A DNA stretch of 64,000 nucleotides from Tubiluchus corallicola (lineage: Eukaryota > Animalia > Priapulida): contig JAQGDQ010000013.1 in the NCBI GenBank assembly GCA_030141605.1, positions 1,130,447 through 1,194,446 on the forward strand, given 5' to 3'. Shown here piece by piece: positions 25,343 through 38,313 of this stretch. The notes below the pieces were generated by a model. It did not search any database. It was not told the DNA's origin and was given only the letters and a program-made list of their open reading frames with translations. Made by a program: the position numbers and the translations under genes. Positions within the stretch are counted from its first letter, which is position 1. The number at the start of each line of letters is the position of its first letter.

Positions 25343-25490
25343 TATCATCTTCATCATCATCATCGTCGCCATTATTTCCATTATCGTCATTACCATCATC
25401 ATCGTCGTCATTATCGTCATCATCATCATCACCACAGTTATCGTCATCATCATCATTACCACTACCGCCATTATCATCATCGTCGACATT
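25343..25490. repeat. Degenerate (CAT/CGT)n microsatellite
   Basis: Source of the His-rich and Met-rich spurious ORFs. Confidence 0.9.
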
Positions 25491-25691
25491 CCTGACTAAT
25501 CAAAAAACCCAAAGACCATTCCTGTCCCTCCATTTGCATATTTTGCTTCTGTTGTCTGCCCACACATCCGCAGTCCGTCTACCCCATCATTCGTCTGTCC
25601 AGATTAATACATCAAAGCAATTAAGTGAAACTTTAGTTTAAACTGACTTTATCTTTTTTGCTTCATTGTATTATGTTATTTGCAGCGAGTT

Positions 25692-28600
25692 ATGGCTGAG
25701 AAAAGAGTGGTTTTGGCTTACAGTGGCGGCTTAGATACTTCCTGCATCTTGGTCTGGTTAAGAGAGCAAGGCTACAGTGTCATTGCTTTTTTTGTAAGTA
25801 AAAATATTTATCTTTATTGCTTTCAGGCAATGTGTTAATCAGTGTAAACATTTGCAAAGGTGCATTCAAATGGCACATGAAAAATAGTTTAATACAGACA
25901 GGTTTTTGTTTTTAGTAACATGTAGCACAAGATGTTTCTTTTTTTAGGCTAACATTGGTCAGGAAGAGGATTTTGAAGCCGCGAGAGAGAAAGCAATAAA
26001 ATTGGGTGCAGAAAAAGTAGGTAAACTGTTCTACAATAAGTTTTCCAGTTCAATTCTAATGCATTTTATTTTCCTTTTGCAAAGCCACATAATATTTCTA
26101 GAAGTTTTTTCCCTTGGGCGGCCTCTGACCTGTAGAATTCCTTATGAGAAAATTAGTTCCCCATTAATTACAATTTCACTTGTTTATGAATATACCTATT
26201 ACTAGCAAATTTTTTATAAGAATATTTCTAACTCTTTTTCACATTTTCCCTTTGAATTACAGCGCTCTACATTGAGTGCTACTATGCGTGTTATTCAGAA
26301 TTAGTTCTAGTGAATTGCTCAAACTGACTTTAATCAAAGAATAACGGTTGCAGTAAAATTTCACCTTTTGACATTTCTTGTAACTAATAAAAATTACACT
26401 GAAAGGGTTCATTTGTTTGCAGTTACTCTGTGACTAACTAGACTTGTATGCTGTTAGTTACTAGAAAATTCTTGGAAGTTTGTAATTGTTGAGTTTTTAC
26501 ACCTTTTTTTAGGTGTACATTCCTGATGTGAGAAAGGAGTTTGTGGAAGATTTCATCTGGCCTGCTGTACAGGCTGGTGCATTGTACGAAGACAGGTACT
26601 TACTCGGCACAGCATTAGCGCGGCCTTGCATCGCCCGTAACATGGTCGAAGTAGCAAAAACCGAAGGTGCTCTTTGTGTGTCACATGGCGCCACGGGCAA
26701 GGGCAATGACCAAGTACGATTTGAGTTGGCTTGTTATGCGCTGTACCCAGAAGTGAAGGTATAGAAGCAATTTTCAATAGTTTCATTTATGTAAGTTAAA
26801 GTGAGATCATTCTGCCTTACCGCATGTAATTCTCCATTAATGTTATAATTATGATAACACAACAGTTAATTGGTTCGGTGTTTTTTTCGAAAAAATACGT
26901 AAGTTAAGATATCTCCTGTTGCCACTTGTAGTTGCAGTTAGAAAGTTGTTTGTAATTTTTTTAAACAATCAGGAACTCATTCTTGTCAGCTTTCTTCATA
27001 TTAGCTATAATAAACTGAAATTGTTTATGAAAACTGCATATGAGATTAAAATTGTTAAGACTTCTAAAAACAGTGTTAGATTAGCAAAGAAATGAAATAT
27101 CTGCACTGTGCTTTCAATATTTTAGAAATGAGGATTTAAAACACAGTAAGGGAAAAAATGGCATTTTTTATAATGGAAACCTGACTGGGATTTCTTGTAA
27201 ATATTTTACTTTAATGCTTTGATAATAAAGAATAGGATAAACAGAAAACCGAGCGCTTTGGAGGTAGTCGTAGTAAGTGTCTACTTTTTCATTTTGTAAA
27301 CTGCATAGAGGTAATGCACAGCATATTGCATAGTAATTTGTAATTGCTGAATGCTGGGTTGGTAAATTTTGTGTCATTTATTACGTTCATTTTAACCAAA
27401 TTTTTTTCTTAATTCACCTCTATCTAACAGACTCATTTACTGTGCTCAGATTATATCACCATGGCGAATGCCGGAGTTTTTCAATAGATTTAAGGGTCGT
27501 TCTGATCTCTTTGAATATGCCAAGCAGCATGACATACCATTGCCAGTGTGTAAGAAATCACCATGGAGTATGGATGCTAATTTTATGCATATCAGGTAAA
27601 CATCAATCATGTGGTCCTTGTTAATTTACATGTACACGATATATTTCATGTTATTGTATGTATAATAATTATTATAATTATTATGACACTTTTTAATAGT
27701 ATTAATATGACAAGTATTAATAACTCTTGTCAACTCAAATTAATCGACTCTTGTTCAAGTTTTGAGACGTCGTTCTACTTGAAAATAGAAAATCTTTTAC
27801 CAGCACGTCAACTCTTCCGGAATATTTCATTTCTTCTAAACGTGTATTCCTCCTCACGTGTATTCTATACCAGCAGGTAGGGGAATTTTATATGGAAAAC
27901 TAAAAAGAAATCCACTAACATTTATTTACCAATAGAAACCTTAAAGCATCAGCATCCAAACTGACTGAATTAGTTCTGATTATTTATGACAATTCTGTTT
28001 CAAAATTCTGTAGGTAGGAGGCAATTTGTGTATTGGTATAATTGGTTGAACGTAACAGATATAGCCCAGTAAAGTCTGACGCCTCAATATATACTATCTT
28101 TGTTCGCATATAGTCACATATATATGCACTCGCCACTAAATATAAATAATACAATAATATTACAATTGATAATACGATACAAATTGTTAATATATATAAA
28201 CAGTTAATTAGCCGACAATGATAGTAATGTATTTTTAATTTGATTGCGGGTGAAGCCGGGAATTTCAATTTTGTTTAATGTTGAGCAATATATATCATGG
28301 TGCGAGAATCGACATGTTATAACTTGGGTTACAATACATAAGTATTCGTTTTTTCCGTAATACCGGTGCATTTGTTTAAAATCAACAGTGTGCTTAAAAC
28401 AGAATTTCAGATGTATCGATGCATTTTAATAATTTCGTTTAGCACTCAGTTTAACATTTACTGCTTAGAACACGCATGATGTTATCAAGAATCAAACCGA
28501 GATGTGATTCCTAAAAACTGAAATAAAATCGAAAACAAGGGCTATAGTCCCCATTCAATTTTCCCATTCTTAAGTTCTCATCTTGTTTAATGCTAAGATA

Positions 28601-31600
28601 TATTATCTGGTCCTGATGAAGTATTTGAAGGTGCACTTTGTACCTCATATGTTAAAGATTTTTTTGGTTTTGTGGCATTGAATTGCTGTACAAGGAAAAT
28701 AACATAAGCTAATAAATTCTGTTTCATGTGGAATCCTTCTAAGAAATTGGCAATTTTTTATGGTCGTTATAAAGGAGTCAGTGTGTTTAGTTTATATCAG
28801 TTTATTAAACTACAGTCAATTCTCCCTCCTTGTATCACCCACTTTGAAACCAGGAAAAAGTTGTCGTTATGGCACATTTGGCATTATAATGATGTGTGTT
28901 AAATTTTGCAGTAGGAATATCACAAAATAGTCAGACAAGTGTACACAGATTAGAGTCCTCAATTTTCACTCATTAATTAGGCTTTAGAGTGAAAATTGAG
29001 GACTCTAATCTGTGTACACTTGTCTAACTATTTTGTGATATTCCTACGGCAATATTTAACACACATCATTATAATGCCAAATGTGCATATTCATAAAGAA
29101 GACTATTAAATTGTTCATTTGGGAATTAATGACTCCCTCAAAATCAATCAGCTTCATTAAGAACTGTTTGTTTGCATTATAAACATGTTCTTTACTCACC
29201 TACATAATTATTTATATAAAAGACTGTAGGCCAACTACTCCATTAAACATGTCTGTATGTAAAGAAAAGTCAAGTCATAACTACAGATTTTCTTGCTGGG
29301 ATTTGCTTGACTGATTGTAATAAACAAGCAAATGTCACCCTTCCTGCTATTGAAGAAAGCTACGTGTTTTTTTGTTAGTTTCCGTTATGACTACGTGGTG
29401 CATTCATTGTGATTATACAATGTACGGTGCAGCTTGCAAGCAATCAAAACATGACGACATGCATTCTTTTATACAGCATGTAACGTCTAGCCAGTGTCTG
29501 CGACTCAGCCGGACATGTAGCAGCCTCGTACAGTGGGCGTTATATCGAAAAGCTGCTGGCGTTAATTGAGAGGCTTGAGACTGCTTGCAGTATTTCGCCA
29601 TTGAACATATCTTTTAATTTGCCTGGTAGACAGTAGGCAACTGGTGGCAGTATAACGGTTATTTATATACAGTTGAATACAACCGCTTCGTTCCTGTCTA
29701 TTTTGCAGACAGTCAGCGTGTTTGACAATATAACTGGGGGGGGGGGGTATAATGAGGTTTGATTATAATGTAAACTGTAACAGTTTATAACCTTTATACC
29801 AGATCACTTCCCATGACTAAAATATATTCCATTGTTGTTTTTAGTTATGAATCGGGAATTTTGGAGAATCCTAAGAACTGTGCTCCAGCGGAGTTGTACC
29901 AAATGACAGCAGATCCAGCGTGCGCGCCGGATGTCCCGTCAAGAATTGAAATAAATTTCAAACGTGGAAAACCAGTAAGGGTGACAAATCTTGATGATGG
30001 AATAGTGCATGATTCACCCATTGAACTTTTCTCACATTTAAATCAGTTAGGGTGTGTAGTTTCTAACCTTTGTTGGTATGTCTTGTGTGGCTGGGAGATT
30101 TTTGTTGTAGATTCGTGAAGTAAGTAGTTTCTAGAATGTCTTATGTGTATATTGTGTGGCATACTTTGTATGTATAGGGCCAATAATAAAAATACTTCTG
30201 TTTCCTTCCTATCGCCCGGGTAGTATTTTTTTATCGCAAACCCGACAGGAATTTTATAATTTATTTTGTATTTTCATATACTTAGTTGACGCAGTCGTAT
30301 AAAAGCATATTTTTTAAATTTAAAATGTTAAATGCAATAATTATCATCACATCGTCCATTTGGGGAACGCAGGATGCAACCATGTCTTTCCATGGCTAAG
30401 TCTGGGTCAGGGTTGCCGATTTGTATGATGCTCCTTGTATTGGAGGCTAAAAAATATCGAATTTTCCACCATATTAGTGTATTAACGGCCATGCAGTTTT
30501 ACCCCTTATGCCATAATTATCAGAACATACTTTCATGATAAAAAAGAGGCTGTACAATAATCGATAATTTAGTAATGCAAAACTAAAAAACAGAGCGTGA
30601 AAAAATGTGCATTAAAAAATTAAAAAGATTGCTGCTAACCACGAGGAAATAAACAACTTTGATTTCAGCTGATTTTTAATATTTCACGATTCAACGATTC
30701 AACTTTAAACATTCACGAAGCTTTAAAAAAGTTTCCTCCCTCCCTACTGACATCTTTCAAGCTCAGGAGGTAAATTTTTTGTAGTCGGCCTAGTCACTGT
30801 TGCATAGCATATATATCTATATATATATATATATATAGTTATAAAGAATCATTTTTGGTAATTCAACATTGCAAGGGCTGTAATGACTGAACTACATGTT
30901 ATTGGTTTTGCTTAGCTTTCATAGATGGTGGTTTGGACATGAAGGAGTATGCAGTAAATCCTCGCTTAAAGGAAAGTACAAGTTACTCAGTATGTTCAGT
31001 TTATTTTACTGTTATCATTTAAACTTAGAAAAATACAAGAAACAAATTTGCAAAAAGCTGCATATTAAGCATAAATTTAAAATATACATCCTCTGAAATG
31101 AAATTTTCAGGCATGGTGGTTGGCGCCATTCACTTGAAAATCGCGACATAAATGGGTGACCTATTGTAAGCGTGTCATGTCTTTCCGTAGGCGCACGCTG
31201 CTTAAGCTAATTAAAACTTGTGCTTACGTAATGTTGATACAAAAATATTGCAAAATTAGCTATATAACATACTGATTTAAGCCTAACCCCCTAGAAGGCT
31301 TGGCCTTTGCTTTAACAACGCTAATGCATTCCAGCAAAATGTAATGTTAAGTGAACCGTTGTTAAACAAATCCAAGACATCCATAGAAAGTGATGTAACA
31401 GAATGGAGATATGTTGCAGAGACAAACATTAACTCTGTTAGTCTTTCTTTCTGTTAGCTTCAAACCATGAATGTTTATTACTAGTACCTAGCTAGCCGTT
31501 AACGTTGAAGCCTACTCGGTTAGCATTTAAACACTGCATAGTTTTGTATAGCTGTGTGTACTTAACTTACATAATATTATCCAGTTATTAGTTAATAAAT

Positions 31601-32500
31601 AATGGCATTAACATCGGCTTTATAGTTGTGGAAAGGTCCAAAACTGTAAGTGTGTTTTGGAACTTCTTTAGCTGCATGCTTCTAAAACATTGTATGGCAT
31701 GTAGAATTATGTTGGTTACCATTTAATAACATGTTGTAAATTGAATTAAATATTTAATTATATATATTTTTTAATGTTTATGATTTAATTTGGAGATATA
31801 TGTTTGCATATTCAAATGACTGATTTTAATTTATCAGTTAATATTCCTAATTAATTAAGTCTAACCTGACTATTTAATCAATTTTTTTATGTGCTTGTAG
31901 CTAAGCTGATTTCTTCTCTTTTGTGGTGTTTATTTGAATTTTCGTAAGAATAGAATAGCTTGGTCATTTGTATTTTTGTGACCACATTCAGTTTGGTGAC
32001 GGTAACTCTTTTCATAAAATGTACACAGTTTATTTTTTGTTTTTACTTAGTGGAAAACATGGCATAGGACGCATAGACATTGTGGAGAATAGATTCATTG
32101 GCATGAAGTCGAGAGGTGAGCAATGCTTTCATGACACGTATGAGTTGGTTGCGAAACAGTTGTACTGTAATGCCTTTAATAGTGAAATAAGTTAGGATGT
32201 GAAGCAAGGAGAAGATAAAATGGATGAAGATAACGAATACCTCAATGTTTGTACTTGAATTTTAGACAGAATTATTCTTTTTATACGCCACGGCGGATAA
32301 TGTATTCTCTGATGCCTTGCATACCTCTAGTCCTCTTGTTCTCCTTGTTGTCATGTGTTCACGAGAAAAGTATTATGTCCACCCAGCACCAGCACCAATT
32401 TATGTAATAATGCAATACTGGTAATTTTAAGCCAAAACTTGTCTTGGCTTTTGCATTGCTACTCGTTTTGTTCATATGCTCTTTCTTTCTTCTCTCTCTT

Positions 32501-32560
<60 letters not shown>

Positions 32561-35500
32561 CTCTCTCTCTCCTCCCTCCCGTATATAAAAGCATGTATAT
32601 AGGAGCATGTAATTCAAATGAAGTAAGCAGAATTGTCACTTTCACAATTTTCCTAATAACTATATGAATTTATTGCTGGCGTGGATATTAGACTGTAGTT
32701 TGTGATTTCAACGAGTTTTGATTTTTGTCGTGTTTAGGAATATATGAGACGCCTGCAGGTACGATACTGTACCATGCCCACTTGGATTTGGAAGTGTTCA
32801 CAATGGACAGAGAAGTGCGAAAGCTTAAAAAAATGTTAGCAGAAAAATTTTCTGAGCAAGTATATAATGGTACGATTTATTTTATACAGTGATTGTTAGC
32901 TAAGAGGTAAAAATGCAATGATAATGTGTAGAGACTATGTGTGTGCACATAGTACTATATTTAAAATTCATTTTACTAGTTAGTGTCATATAGTTCATTT
33001 TCCCATTAGCATTAGTCAGCTGCTAGTTGTATACGAATTTATGTGGGGCCCAATTAGAAATAATGGGGTCCTTTACCCTACAAAAACTGTAAATTGATGT
33101 TTTATGCATCTCAGCCAAAAAGCATTGAAGACTTAAGGCTCCACAATTAGCCTCAATAAATTGATGTTTTATGTGTCTCAGCCAAAAAGCATTCAAGACT
33201 CAAGGCTCCACCATTAGCCTCAATTATCTACTAAGAAGCTCAAGCCCATATGAAAATTTTAATGTTTAATTACAAGTAAAGCTAATTACTGACCTACTGT
33301 TTGTGGATAGGCTTTCTAATAACAGAGATTTTTGACTTTTTTATACGAGAAATATTTAAAGAAAGTCAAATTTCGAAGTCAATGGTTGTCTTAATGTCAT
33401 TTTCTACAAACAGCAGAGTCAAGTTATTTAGTCTCTCTTGTTGACCATAGGTATTTTTTAGTCTGCGTTGAAGGTTTGAATATCGTCCACAAATTAAAAT
33501 CCAATGATGATCTAACTAATTGTGTGGTTGTTCATTTACCTTTTTTAAAGGTAAATGTTGACGATAAACTGAAATCACAAAACAAATAAACGATCAGCAA
33601 AAACACATTAAAACATAGATACGAGGACAGACTGAATGGTTTCACTTTTTCACAGAATGAAAAAACTTCATGCACACAGGACACTCATTAATTCATCATA
33701 TAGGATTCTCCGCTCGAGTGTGTACGCGGGGAGGCTCCTTTTGGCGTGGGGCCCAATTTGAACAAATCTGTCTAATTGGTTGAAAACAGGCCCTTACAGA
33801 ATGCAAGATGTATTCGGTCTCATAGTAGCTTTTCTGTTTTTAGACAGTGGCTTCTATTAAGTAACCAGAGCTGACATATGTTTAAAACATGCACACAATG
33901 TTTTTACTTAAATGTATCGAATTGCAGTGACTACTGCGACAGTGACTCAATTAAATGTGTCTGCAAGGTAGGAAGGTGTCACTAAAAATAAGTGTAAAAA
34001 AGAATTTAATTGGAAATTATCCTTCTGTGTGTAATTGCAAATAGACAAACGCAATATGCATCAATGACGGCGAGATACATTACAATAGACAATAATGACT
34101 GTCTGAAATACCTTTTGGTCGACTTGTTATCACTGTGAAATACATAACAATTAACGGGTGCTGCCGTTAATGTGGTTAACGTAAATTTTCACTTTGGACT
34201 AGGTTTCCCAATCTATGATTTTTTGCATACAGCTAACACTGTTGAACACTGTTACATGGTGCGTATGCATTATTATATTGTCTATGGAAACTTAGAACTT
34301 CGATGGCTTGATGGTTAAAACAACAATCATTTTGTACTACTTTTGTTAATGCTGTTTAGCACAAGTATGCATTTCCAATATTTATAGCACTGGCTAGATT
34401 ACTTTGTTTTAAATAAACATTCAGAAATAATATGTGGTGTGCAGGTGTCCAAGACCAGTGACCGTAGTTTCTGAAAATTCCTTTAGGGGAACTTCATTTA
34501 TTGTGGGGCTTGGTTTAACATTGGACTCCAGCAATTATTGCAAATGACTGTGGCGAACATTGATAAAGAATAAGCTTTGGAGGGGAACTTCATTTATTGT
34601 GGGGCTTGGTTTAACATTGGACTCCAGCAATTATTGCAAATGACTGTGGCGAACATTGATAAAGAATAAGCCTTGGAGATGTATAGAATGGCAAAGCTTA
34701 TCCACATGGCTCCACGAAAAAACCATTGTAACCAAGCTTGGTGTTGCTTCACTTCTGTCACTAAGCACATCCAGTGATAACTCAGCCACACCCCTAATCT
34801 TGTTAAATATGAAAGGTAGCGTCTTCTTAGAATACAGAAAGGCTTATAAACACTGACTGATAGTTCTGATTATACAGCAGTTTAGCAGATTTTTAAATTT
34901 TAGGATTGTGGTTTAGTCCGGAGTGTGAGTATAGTCGAACTTGTATAGATGCCAGCCAGCTGTGTGTTACTGGAAAAGTAAAGGTTTTGTTATTAAAAGG
35001 CAACGTCTATGTTCAATCTAGAGAATCACCTATTTCTCTTTACAATGAGGAGCTAGTGAGGTAAGTCTTGCAAGATTTTGATTTAATACACTCATATCTC
35101 GGTTTGTCAGACAAAAAGCGGGAGACAGCAGTCCGATTTTGCTGATTGTCCTTTTTTACCGATACTAAGCTGATACAGTATGCGGCATGCAGACTCAGGG
35201 TAATGTAGAATCAATTGCCCAATTGTCTCAAAAATGTTTAGTGCAGGCTGCTCCTATGCAAAAGTATAAAAAAACTGTCAGCAATTGATACAAATAACCA
35301 CGTAAGCACACTCATTAAACTACTTAAACATGCTGACATATAAGCTGCATACATGTCCTTACATGCTGCTTAGTTATGCTGAAATAATGATGTAAACAAA
35401 GTGACACCCCACCAACTAACAGTCAGCTCATGAAACAACTGATGTGTCTGTAGTATGCAGGACTTTTTAACAGTCAAGATTTTGTCCATTTCCATAAAAG

Positions 35501-37038
35501 TGAGGTCTGGCAAACCGAGACGTGAATGTATTTTTTTTGGCCTCTTATCACTGTCAAAGTAGTGTATATTGTTCGATCTGTTGCAGTGACACAAGTGGAG
35601 AATTTTGCTTATAGTTGGGATCTTGTTTTCGAATTATTAACTGATAAATTCAGATAGCTTAGTCAAAGATTTAAATTTTACTTAAAGTTAAACTAGTAAA
35701 GTTTTTAACCCTATTTTTTTGCAGTTTTTCTAAGCTCCATTATTTCAATGCATAAAATATCTATTCTTAACATTGTTTACCGTCTAATTAATATTAATGA
35801 AAAAGTGTGACTTAATTGCTCTAATTACACATATCTGAGTTGCTTTTAAGTTTTTATTTTTACACTGTATCCAGTAGCACAATGATAGTAGCATTTCTTC
35901 CGGCATGTTCTCAAGGCAGAAAAAATGACTTGATTTGATTTGATTTGATCTTATTGCAAACCATTGTTCAATTTACAATCCATTTGCAAAGAAAGAATTA
36001 CAAAAATGACAGTGAATGAATGAGAAAATTACAATGAAAGAAAAATTATACAAATAATATTGAATTAATGAAACAATACTATTGCAAAAAAATTAAAAAA
36101 CTAATAAACTAATTAGATAAAGATTGTCTTTTATATAGCAAAATTTTTTACCAACCATGCTGCTAATCACTTTTTATTTTGACACTTAACAGTTTTCTGT
36201 AAATAATATACAGAGTTATTTAGAGAAGTGGTTGATTTGTATATTGCAAAAATGGTAATTACTGTAGCTTAATCAAGGGACACAAATTTGCACACACTCT
36301 CGCAAACACTAATGACGTTGTCATTGTTTTATTAATCCTTTCATGTAGATATTAATTTTCTCATATACTGCATGTTTTATATATAAACACATTGTAGCTA
36401 TTAGTGTCTCTTGTCACTGATAAAAATGATTGAAATTTACACCCTGTTGGTATGTATTTCAAACTGATTAGAAAAAATGTTATGCACTTTTGTGTAGCAA
36501 TGATCGTGAACATTTGAGAAACAGCTTTAGTCCTGCCGTCTCTTTCATGCTATTATACCCATGAAGTGAAAATAAAAGCAAGCGTTAAAAATTTGCACTC
36601 TGCTTGCACCGAAGTTGCTTCATAATCTTTGCAAAAGTTCTGCATCTGTTTACAAGTTTGTGGACATACCTTTTGCTAGCAGGTGGGGTTGGAGTAATCG
36701 GTGCTCTAAAAAGTTTATATCATCATTGGAAATCAAGTAGTTGGAAATGAAACTTTAGAGACAAGGAAAAATGTTATTAACTTAAGAAAATAGAAGACAC
36801 AAAATGTGGCTGTGTGTAAGCCTCGTGACCACAAAAAATGATAGGTGTATTTAACTCAATTTAACAGAGTTTTCAAGACATCTTGTAAGGTTTAATTTAA
36901 AATTTCTACTGCTATTGCAGCATGGACGTGCAAGGTGATTATGATCCAACGGATGCTGCAGGTTTCATTAGAATAAATGCTCTTCGTTTGCGTGAGCATC
37001 GGCGAGTCCTGGAAAGTGGAGGAACAACCTTTGATTAA
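25692..37038 (+). CDS. ASS1: Argininosuccinate synthase, complete, 9 coding exons, 413 aa
   Basis: Exons 25692-25793, 25948-26016, 26513-26758, 27450-27595, 29845-30051, 32051-32115, 32738-32869, 34904-35060, 36921-37038 (TAA) sum to 1242 nt. Signature motifs: [98 protein letters not shown]. Confidence 0.98.
28813..29768. mobile_element. Decayed pogo-like element hosting the long palindrome
   Basis: TA|cagtcaattctc at the left end and ggtataatgaggtttgatta|TA at the right end (CAGTCAAACCTC-type termini). Confidence 0.4.
28872..29086. repeat. Near-perfect inverted repeat: 100-bp arms, 15-nt spacer, in the ASS1 intron 27596-29844
   Basis: Arms 28872-28971 and 28987-29086 are reverse complements with 3 mismatches. 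Confidence 0.97.
32481..32579. repeat. (CT)n microsatellite
   Basis: Direct observation. Confidence 0.95.
33091..33224. repeat. 67-bp tandem duplication
   Basis: aaattgatgttttatg..tctcagccaaaaagcatt.aagact.aaggctccac.attagcctcaat occurs twice. Confidence 0.9.
34485..34678. repeat. 96-bp tandem duplication
   Basis: aggggaacttcatttattgtggggc...gataaagaataagc.ttgg occurs twice with one mismatch. Confidence 0.95.
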
Positions 37039-37064
37039 ATGCGATTGGTTTTATTGTAGGAGGC

Positions 37065-37559
37065 GGTGTTTTGTTACGAGCTTATAAGTAGTATCATGAT
37101 ATATGTAGTATCAAGTTATGAGCTTTATTATGAACTTTTATATACGTGTAGTAATATCAAGTTGGTGTTTTGTTACCAGCTTATAAGTAGTAGTATCAAG
37201 TTATGAACTTTATTATCGACTTTTATAAATAGTATCAAGTTATGAGCGTTATTATCGATTTTTATATACGTGTAGTAATATTGAATTGGTGTTTTGTTAC
37301 CAGCTTATAAGTAGTAGTATCAAGTTATGAGGTTTCGTATGAACTCTTACATACATGTAGTAATATTGAGTTGGTGTTTTGTTACCAACTTATAAGTAGT
37401 AGTATCAAGCTATGAGGTTTCTTATGAACTGTTATATAACTGTAGTAATATCGACATGATGTTTTATTACCAGCTTATAAGTAGTAGTATCACGTTGTGA
37501 ACTTTATTATGAACTGTTGTATACCTGTAGTAATATCGACATGATATTTTGTTACGAGC
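37065..37559 (+). repeat. ~85-bp tandem repeat (about 5.3 copies) immediately downstream of the ASS1 stop
   Basis: Unit ggtgttttgttaccagcttataagtagtagtatcaagttatga...tgtagtaatat. The first two units are longer because of internal duplications. Confidence 0.9.
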
Positions 37560-38313
37560 CTTTAAATGGCAGTTTCGTGTTGACGGCAATGATTTACTAT
37601 AGGTTGAATTAGGTCACGTTGAAAAAGTTATAGATTTGACAGTATTAAAGTTGTTAGGTTGTACCTGCTGTTGCCCTGCGTGACGCGTGGTATTTAGGGT
37701 AAAAATGGGGTAATAATAGTCTCTGTTATGTAGTCGTGCGTTGTTGTTTATAGTCGGCACAAAAGCTCTTGCGAGCTTATGTTAATTGTTGACCCTAAAG
37801 CCAACTTTCAATAAAGATTTTTATTATGATTATTTTATTATTCATTTGAGTTGCATTAGCCTGCCTTAATGAACAAGAAAAGGGGCACCCGAAGTAGTTT
37901 TCACAAAAATCGCCTTTAAAAATTGTATTATTCCACGGCGATTTTATGCGTATATCGTACTCGCATTGAAAGGATTTTTTTGTTTTCATTTTAAATCTCC
38001 TGCAATACTGTTCCGACCGCGCCATTACATGACGTCATATACGCACAACGTAAATTAGGGGAAGAAGAGGAAATATTACACTTATGTCTTAAAAAAACTT
38101 TCCATGCAAAGTTATATTACCTAGAATTTCGCTTACCTGCTTGAAAGACTTATTTAAAATATGTAATTAATAATTTTCTTTTCTAGTTACATGTTTTCAC
38201 CAATTGGTAAAAATTAATGTCACTGACTCACCCTCCAGGTTGCACCACTCACTTACCAAAAAACTTAGTTTTAATTTTATTGATAAGATGCAGTAATTAA
38301 AAATTTTACTTAG

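Noticed and set aside
25259-25495. His-rich ORF
   Set aside because: Translation of a (CAT)n microsatellite.
33505-33572. C/D box snoRNA candidate (ATGATGA...CTGA) in an ASS1 intron
   Set aside because: No terminal stem and no rRNA-complementary guide that I can recognise; such boxes occur by chance in AT-rich DNA.
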